Below, in pieces: positions 55,867 through 64,000 of a stretch of 64,000 bases of DNA. The notes below the pieces were generated by a model that worked only from the letters and a program-made list of their open reading frames with translations, had not been told where the DNA came from and ran no database searches. The stretch's first letter is position 1. The number at the start of each line of letters is the position of its first letter. Made by a program: the position numbers and the translations under genes. This stretch comes from Octopus vulgaris (lineage: Eukaryota), in assembly GCA_951406725.2 (NCBI GenBank), contig OX597821.1:94116001-94180000 (forward strand), read 5' to 3'.

Positions 55867-57010
55867 GGATCTATTCTGTTTGATTGCCAGTGTCAATTTC
55901 TGTTCGAATTTTCGCTATAAATCAATAGATAAAGAATTATTACCAATTACAGATTGAACATTTTGGGTAATTTCAGCCAATCGGTAGCTAGAGACGCATT
56001 CATGCCCGTTTCCATAGTAACAAGCGGAACATGAGAATACTTTTGTCTGCGAGAAAGCACGTGTTGACAAATACATTGAAGCCACTTGTTGTCGGTGTGT
56101 TCTACTGTTTTATCCAACTGGAAATTTTGCCGATCTGTTTGATTGTGGTAGCAAGCTCCGGTATCCTCGCGTTTATGTGTGGTCAGAGGTTAGCCCTGAG
56201 AAGGACTAGAACCAAAGACTAGCTCTGTGGTCAGAGGTTTAGCTCTGAAAAGAACTAAAAACCTAAGACGAACTCTGTGGTCAGAGGTTAGCCCTGAGAA
56301 GGACTAGAAACCTAAGACGAAAAGTGTCTGAGAACACTTCTTTATATAAAGTTTATGTGGCTCAAACGAACTTCAGAAATGAAAAGCTGTGATTGGCTGC
56401 TTGGAACAAATGGCGCGAAAATAAGCGGAGGCAAATCGCGTCACGTGACAACCAGCGGTGCGAACGTAGTAGAGACCACTCGTGTCACATGTCAACCACT
56501 CAAGTTAGTGGTTACAACAACGTTGAACTAGCCAAAGATGTTTGTAATCTCAAACGAGATCATTCTTAATACTCTTCTCAAACAGTGAAGATAGCAATGA
56601 GGGAAACGATATTGTTACGATGGAAACACTGAGAACAGAGATGGGGTGTGTGTGCTATGTTGTGTTTACAAGAAAAGGACGTTATACCCGAAAGAGAATT
56701 ATGTAAAAAGGAAGAAGCATGTTATAAGTACAAGAAGACGTGGTAGGAATGTGTACTGACGATGCTCACGACAAGAATGCATGGAGTATGTGTCAGTGAG
56801 GAAAGACACATTGTGTGAAGGTGGCAACCTTCCTCTTCGGACTGTTGTGCTTTTCCTTTACTCATGGGTTAAGGAATTGATTTCAGTCCGGTGTTGAAGA
56901 ACTGAGGATGAACCATTGCACAACTGTTGATTATAGCAGCTATGTTAGGGAAATATGTACGGAGGACTTGCTTCGTCATCCAGTTTAAGTTGGAACTAAA
57001 AATAACAACT
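55867..57010 (+). mobile_element. Decayed Merlin/ISXO2-like DNA transposon
   Basis: Terminus ggatctattctgtttgattgccag resembles the 29872 TIR; TVVDYSSYVREICTEDLLRHP resembles ISXO2-type transposase; three ~50-bp tandem repeats at 56176-56320. Confidence 0.45.
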
Positions 57011-57273
57011 TGTGCTTCAAGCTACAAAATACGTTTTGTTTACTCGATTTCTCCGTGTAGAATATAAATACTGACAACGCATCAATGACAGCTTCCAAAT
57101 CCTGTTTCTTGACTGGGTGAAAATGATCAAACTTTAAAACTCTTTAACTTTCTAAAGACATTTTTCTAGAAAAAGTGAAATAACTCCAGCACTTCAGCTT
57201 GGAAAACTACATTAATGTGCCAAATTTTAAAAACATTTGATAAACTTCAAGTTTTGAAATGCTGGGAGCCAAA

Positions 57274-57327
<54 letters not shown>

Positions 57328-57340
57328 CGTTTGGCTGTCA

Positions 57341-57397
<57 letters not shown>

Positions 57398-57402
<5 letters not shown>

Positions 57403-57870
57403 AGGCATGTTAGCCGTATGAAAGATGGCAGAATCCCCAAGGACATACTCTACAGAGAGCTTGCTAGGGGTACTAGGTCTATGGGAAGACCGTTCCTACG
57501 TTACAAGGATGTTTGCAAAAGGGACATGAAGGCCTGCAACATCAATATTAGCGGTTGGGAGGCAGTTGCCGGCAACCGTGGAGACTGGCGACGTACCGTA
57601 AGAGAGGGAATACAAAGGAGTGACAGAGAGAGAGAGAGAGGAGAAATGGAAAAACAAGAAAAGACGTCAACGAGAAACTATGACATTACAACCAGCCAGG
57701 AACAGTCTTCGCTACATTTGCGGAACCTGCCAAAGAGAGTATTTGTCTAGGATAGGGCTACACAGCCACAACAGGAAATGTATCAGGACATGAAATGTAA
57801 AAGCCGGACTAGACTACTTTATGCGCAACTCCATTGTCTCCCGAGACAAAAAGGATGCCCCCCCCACCCA
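57398..57870 (+). mobile_element. RTE-clade LINE 3' fragment
   Basis: [40 protein letters not shown]; 3' tail attgtctcccgagac. Confidence 0.85.
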
Positions 57871-57940
57871 AATTTATATATATATACATAAGCACACACA
57901 CACACACATATATTTATATATGTATGAATATGTATGTGTG

Positions 57941-57949
<9 letters not shown>

Positions 57950-58037
<88 letters not shown>
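57950..58037. repeat. (TA)n microsatellite (many similar arrays in the window)
   Basis: Direct reading. Confidence 0.95.
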
Positions 58038-58039
<2 letters not shown>

Positions 58040-58124
58040 TGATGAGAGAAGAAGTATGGGTAAGGTAGAATTATCTAATTCTTATGCTTTCCTAAGACTT
58101 GATCTCGAAACGTACGTCCGTAGG
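58035..58124 (+). ncRNA. Type I hammerhead ribozyme (5' copy; stem I 5' strand replaced by the TA microsatellite end)
   Basis: Same core, stem II and stem III as 58619-58710; CTGATGA at 58039, cleavage after 58118; stem I reduced to TATG/CGTA. Confidence 0.7.
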
Positions 58125-58893
58125 TGACTTAAAACTGTATGATAGATTGCCGTTAATTCATTCTCTCTTACCTGTTTGTGTTTGCCTTTCAAATGCTGTG
58201 TTTTTACTGAGATCCCCCTTTTAGTAGAAGAAATAGCTATAATCTCTTTGACTGCTATTTCTAAATTCGGTGTGCGGTAAGGCAATTCGTTGCTAAACCC
58301 TTAATTGCTTAGTATTACTTAAATTTTCCTCGAATGAGGCTTTTACATGCCGAAGACTACTTGGTGTAATTGATAATTATTCCAAATTAATTAATTTCAC
58401 CCTTCATTGTTACTGATAACCATATTCATCCCAGTAAATGACCACAGCACTTTGTCTTGGCTACACGCGGGTGGGAAGGGACTGGTGACACAAACTTTCA
58501 TTCACACTTTGAATTTGGTGATACTAGCTGTGGCTTCTAGCTCGCTCTGATACTGAGTTGAGTTGGTGCCTTCTAGTATCTCAAAATTCAATATACAATC
58601 ATTCATGATTGTTTGTATCCTGCGCTGATGAGAGAAGAAGTATGGGTAAGGTAGAATTATCTAATTCTTATGCTTTCCTAAGACTTGATCTCGAAACGTA
58701 CGTCCGTAGGTGACTTAAAACTGTATGATAGATTGCCGTTAATTCATTCTCTCTTACCTGTTTGTGTTTGCCTTTCAAATGCTGTGTTTTTACTGAGATC
58801 CCCCTTTTAGTAGAAGAAATAGCTATAATCTCTTTGACTGCTATTTCTAAATTCGGTGTGCGGTAAGGCAATTCGTTGCTAAACCCTTAATTG

Positions 58894-58897
<4 letters not shown>
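58038..58897 (+). mobile_element. Non-coding retrozyme or Penelope-like partial-tandem element, 586-nt unit, inserted in (TA)n
   Basis: 274-bp direct repeats at 58038-58311 and 58624-58897, each beginning with a hammerhead core; no credible ORF; (TA)n on both sides. Confidence 0.75.
58619..58710 (+). ncRNA. Type I hammerhead ribozyme (complete copy)
   Basis: Stem I CCTGCG/CGTAGG; core CTGATGA 58625-58631; stem II closed by GAGA/TCTC around a long imperfect hairpin; GAAA 58693-58696; palindromic stem III CGTACG; GUC cleavage triplet ending 58704. Confidence 0.85.
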
Positions 58898-58977
<80 letters not shown>

Positions 58978-59474
58978 CACGCTCTTACATACTCATACAC
59001 ATCTTTGAAACGAAAAACGAGTTAAGATAAACAACTCAGTGTGGTTAGTGGCTTGTGTTTGGAAACAAGAGCGAGTAAGAGCATATTTAAATCATGTAAA
59101 GATAAATTCTGGAGGTTAGAACAACCATTTTGTGGCAATTGATATCAATTCGAAACCTCAAGAATAAAAAGGCCTCCATAACTGACAAGGGGGAAAAAAG
59201 AAAAAAAACACAAACCAATTTGATTCTCTGAAGATAAGAGAACACGTGTTTCTTTCTCAATAGTCGTCATCGGCGCAGCAGTTATCCTATTTTATCTGTA
59301 GCAAAGGAGACACTTAAACGTATACAAAAAAAATAATAAAATATAGCATTTATAGCTTAGGTAATTTCATAAGTGAAATGAAAATAACCTAAAGGAAATA
59401 ACTCTGAGTAGCCAGTTGTATGTATTTGAACAACTAAGACCGACTAAGACGTACTAAATATAACATATATGCGC

Positions 59475-59508
<34 letters not shown>

Positions 59509-61369
59509 TGATGCAAACAGAAAAAAAAAAACAGAATTCAAAATGATGTGTATATGTATATTTTGATGTACGTATATTTGATAAGTGCCAACGCCAGAAA
59601 CTCTCGGCACTTGAGTCACTCAGTTGCTTCTGTCAAATATTAATATATGTGTGTGTCTGGGAGAGAGAGAGAGAGGGGTGGTGGAGTGAAGTGGGGATGG
59701 AAGTAGAGAACCTTGGCGATCTTGGTCGTCTTCACACCAAGTGGATACACTCTGAGAATGCTGAACACGTATCTTTTTTTTGCTGGGGTTAAGAACATAG
59801 GCTGAGCAAGTTGTACAACGTTAAACAGCGGATGAAGAAGTAGAAAAAAGGCATACGAATATGATATGACCAACTTCTGTTCTTGTGCTTCCCAACCAAA
59901 CTAAATTGTCCTAAAATAAATCAATCATTGTATAGTTAAACCTAGTACTTGAGAGTTAAGTTACAGTATATCTTAATATTATCTGAAATAGAATGCCCGA
60001 GCATTTTAAAATTGACCGACGTTAATACGAAAATGGTTTAATTCGAACTGAAATTATATGATATGAAATCCGATTGAAGAATATCGGAGACAGCCTGATC
60101 TGTAATTTGATACGTTAGCAACTAGATTGGTGTTATACCTTCATATAATTGAACAGCCACTCTACCATAACGACGTATACCTACTAGGTTTATCTATACC
60201 AACAATTTCTAGACAGGCTTGCACCGAGAGAGAGAAAGAGAGAGAGGGAGGTCAAGGAGAGCGTTATGGGGGAGAAAGTACTATACGTTGATATATATAC
60301 TTTCATTGAAGCAACGTACACAAAAATATCTAGATATATGATCCACACGCGTGTAGGCATAAACTCCCATAGAAAGTTGTATCTTACCTCAACACGTATT
60401 GCATATAAATACATACAGACACTGACATATCCCTACTTAGAGTTACCCACGTATCTCAACACATGTCTATGTAGATGTATACACAAATATATACTAATCT
60501 TACACGTGCTCAAAGGCAATGAGCTGGAAGAATCGTTAGCCCGCCAGGCGAAGTGCTTAACGGTGGTATTTCGTCTGCTGCTACGTTCTGAGTTCAAATT
60601 CCACCGAGGTCGACTTTCTCTTTCATCTTTTCGGGGTCGATTAAATAAGTACCAGTTACGTACTGGGGTCGATATAATCGACTTAATCCGTTTGTCTGTC
60701 CTTGTTTGTCCCCTCTCTGTGTAGCCCCTTGTGGGCAGTAAAGAAATAGGTATTTCGTCTGTCTTTACGTGCTGAATTCAAATTCCGCCAAGGTCGATTT
60801 TGCCTTTCATCTTTTCGGGGTCGATGAATTAAGCACCAGTTGTGTACTGGGGTCGATATAATCGACTCCCCCCACAACACCAAATCACGAAATAAGAGTA
60901 GTAAAATATATTAAAAAAGTATCTTTTACGTAGTACAGAGAACCCAATACGTTTTGTAGAATCGATAGATAAGTTGACTGTCTGTTGTGAGTTTCAGTCT
61001 GGGTTGGGCTTTAGGCAGTTGTGAATGACCCAGGCGAGCTGGCAGAAACGTTAGCACGCCGGGCGAAATGCGTAGCCGTATTCCGTTTGTCGTTACGTTC
61101 CGAGTTCAAATTCCATTGAGGTCGACTTTGCCTTTCATCCTTTCGAGGTCGATAAATTAAGTACCAGTTACGCACTGGGGGTCAATGTAATCGACTTAAT
61201 CCGTTTGTCTGTCCTTGTTTGTCCCCTCTGTGTTTAGCCCCTTGTGGGTAGTAAAGAAATATATATAAACACACGTGCACGCACACACGCGCGCACACAG
61301 ACGAAGACACAGACACAGACACACACACACGCACACACACACACACACATATACACACGTACACCTGTC

Positions 61370-61595
61370 ATTGTTGTTTTGTGTAAAGTAAAGCAGGCCT
61401 TGCCGTCCACTCAAGAATAGTGAATGATCCACAACCACTGAAATAAACTGAATTCTCAACTTTTGTCCCATTTGCCAAAAGGTTTGCAAGGCACCAACAG
61501 GCCTCAACAGACACATTCGTGTCCACAGAACAGGATTAGAGCTTTATTTTACTGAACCTTCATTTGTCGTTCACGACAAGAGAAGAATCCATCGC
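61370..61595 (+). mobile_element. RTE-like LINE extreme 3' end with C2H2 finger
   Basis: CPICQKVCKAPTGLNRHIRVHR followed by a ttgtcgttcacgacaa tail hairpin. Confidence 0.55.
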
Positions 61596-62127
61596 ACACA
61601 CACCTGCGCGCAGAAACTTAGATCCCCGGATTTGGAACACGGATGATTGAACAATAATAGCTGGAGAATTTAATCATAGCAAAGACCTGTTGGTCTTTGC
61701 TATGATTAGATTCTCCAGCTATTGTTATGATTCCTAAACATGAATATGTTTTCGTTAAACGAACCGATACAGTCATGTTTTGCAATTACTATACACAAAG
61801 CACAAAGAAAGACCATCAGAATGTCTTAATTTATCTTGAGTAACCAGTATTCCAGCATGGCCAACTGTATGTGGCTTTAAGCTAGGAAATAAAGAATGAA
61901 AATGTCCGGAGGAAAGTAGGTCTACCAGAAATGTTATAAAAATGCGTTCTCCTTTAAGCAACCAAAAGGTACGGTTGTCTTTCTTTAATCCAGAAAGAGT
62001 TATCAATGTCATTTCAGACGATGCATTCATATCCACAATTATTTTCATGCATTTAATATTACTTTTTATTTGTTCCAATTAAAGAAGTCCAGAAGTTAGA
62101 TTAAATATATATACATACATAAGTATC

Positions 62128-62174
<47 letters not shown>

Positions 62175-62178
<4 letters not shown>

Positions 62179-63246
62179 ACGAGGGGGGGACCTCCGTCGA
62201 ACGAAAGCTGTTACGGAAACCCTCACACAGGCCCGACCGATCAGCCAATCTTCGCCACGGAAACTCGGAGAGGAGAGAGAGATACAACAATAACTACAAC
62301 AACAGCACAGAACAAGACACAGAGGCAACCGAGAGAGACACAAAGAGGCAAGGCAATTGGCTTACATTTGACAACTAGTTTATGACATTCAATTGTTACA
62401 ACATCAATTACAGTTCAGATACATTTAAAAGAGGACATGCAAGTAACAACTCAACACATCATACAGGTATACCACAGATCAAAGCATTTAAACATGCAGA
62501 TACAATATAACCGTCCGGTAACAACACATCAAGTTCAATAACAACAGCATTTCAAGAGTACACGTCCGGAGACACAGTTCTGTTTCAAAACACATTAAAG
62601 TTATAGTTCAAAGGACATTAAAGGCCTATACAGTTCAATATTCGATTCTTTTCACTGTCTCATTTCTTTAGCACTGTTCTTTTCGTTAACATAATGTCTT
62701 TATACATTTCTTTTCAACATTTCGATACATCGATTCTTTTTTCCCTCTTTTTCTTCACATATCAATACACAATTCACGTACCTTAATTCCTACTAGAATA
62801 GCCAGTGTCCCATATTGCACCTCATCTCTCTCAGTACCGCTAACTCCAACTTGCCAAACTCTTGCCCCGAATCCCAAATCCTCGCTCCTAAGTCCAACCG
62901 CTCGCTTTGACGACCAAATACCGACTGTTACAACCTCTAGCTCTGTCACCACCCCCGATCTGACTTAGCACTGCTAATACTCTCTCTATCTGCTCTTGGT
63001 CATATGTGCCTACCTTCATCGACGCTCTCGCTGTCACTCTCTCACGACAGCTCTCAGATTCCTTAATCTGTCTTCCTCACTACTTTCTTCTTCCTCACAT
63101 CTCTATGACCCCTTCTCGACCGGCACAAGGCCAAAGGTCCTTCCAAAAGCCATTACTCTTCCGTAAACAAAGGACTATAATTTTGTACTGTAGACTTCCA
63201 GACTCCACTCTAAGAAAAGTAGGTCATAGAGTGTCCCTGACCATTC

Positions 63247-63252
<6 letters not shown>
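62175..63252. mobile_element. Probable solo LTR in (AT)n
   Basis: TGTT...AACA termini, about 1.08 kb, (AT)n on both sides, no coding remnant. Confidence 0.5.
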
Positions 63253-63305
<53 letters not shown>

Positions 63306-63344
63306 TGAGTGTATGTAAAAACTGACAAACATGTCTAATATATA

Positions 63345-63731
63345 TAAAGCACACAGAATGAAGCCGCTTAGCACGTATTGACCTTGACCTCTGCCGTGCA
63401 TGCGCACTAAGTTTCAACGTTCCAACTCACTTCCACTGTTTACAGCAGTGCTTGGAAGGAACGTGTGTAGCGTGTGATCGTTGGATTGACCATAACAGAG
63501 AAAGTTGTCATGGCGATACTTGCTCAGATGCCTCTGTTATGGTCAGTCCAACGATCACACGCTACACACGTTCCTTCCAAGCACTGCTGTAAACGGTAGA
63601 TGTGAGCTAGAACGTTGAAACTTAGTGTGCATGCACAGCAGAGGTCAAGGTCAATACGTGCTAAGCGGCTTCATTCTGTGTGCTTTAGCTTTGCTACCAT
63701 AGCAACAATCCGAATACTTATTGATCAAACC

Positions 63732-63733
<2 letters not shown>
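63345..63733. mobile_element. Palindromic mariner-type MITE
   Basis: 156-bp inverted arms at 63345-63500 and 63532-63687; right end ...ccgaatacttattgatcaaacc-TA resembles a mariner TIR. Confidence 0.7.
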
Positions 63734-63768
<35 letters not shown>

Positions 63769-63782
63769 ATATAGATAGATAT

Positions 63783-63892
<110 letters not shown>

Positions 63893-64000
63893 TAGAACTG
63901 TACGAATAATTTTGCTGTATGAGCCGAGGCTCGCGCAAATTTTTGTCTTGAAGTACGAGCGGAAATAATCCACAGTATGAGCGAGTTTCATACAAGAGAC

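Noticed and set aside
58326-58362. Second hammerhead-like motif in the 586-nt unit (CGAATGA-GGC...GCC-GAAG)
   Set aside because: Both catalytic boxes deviate and no stem I or III was found; at most a relic.
61462-61535. C2H2 zinc-finger gene
   Set aside because: A single finger followed by an RTE-type tail; more likely a LINE end than a host gene.

Overview
Eukaryotic, AT-rich, repeat-dense genomic DNA. The tRNA-derived SINE families and (TA)n/(CA)n/(TACA)n microsatellites look like an octopus (coleoid cephalopod) genome; this is my inference. One protein-coding gene can be assembled by hand: syntaxin-5 (STX5, + strand), 10 coding exons from ATG 15539 to TAA 41612, 1011 nt, 336 aa, all introns GT-AG and in phase. 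The protein is divergent and lacks the internal Met that starts the short Stx5 isoform in mammals. The rest is SINEs, LINE fragments (RTE, Tx1/L1-like, R4/Dong-like), Tc1/mariner, hAT, Merlin-like and piggyBac-like DNA elements, solo LTRs and microsatellites; most ORFs in the supplied track are artefacts of these. The strongest unexplained signal is a non-coding element at 58038-58897. It has 274-bp direct repeats, each carrying a type I hammerhead ribozyme core with an unusually long stem II, 586 nt apart, as in retrozyme or Penelope-type units. Several degenerate hammerhead remnants lie elsewhere in the window. Also notable are inverted SINE pairs around STX5 exons, templated local insertions and long hairpins.
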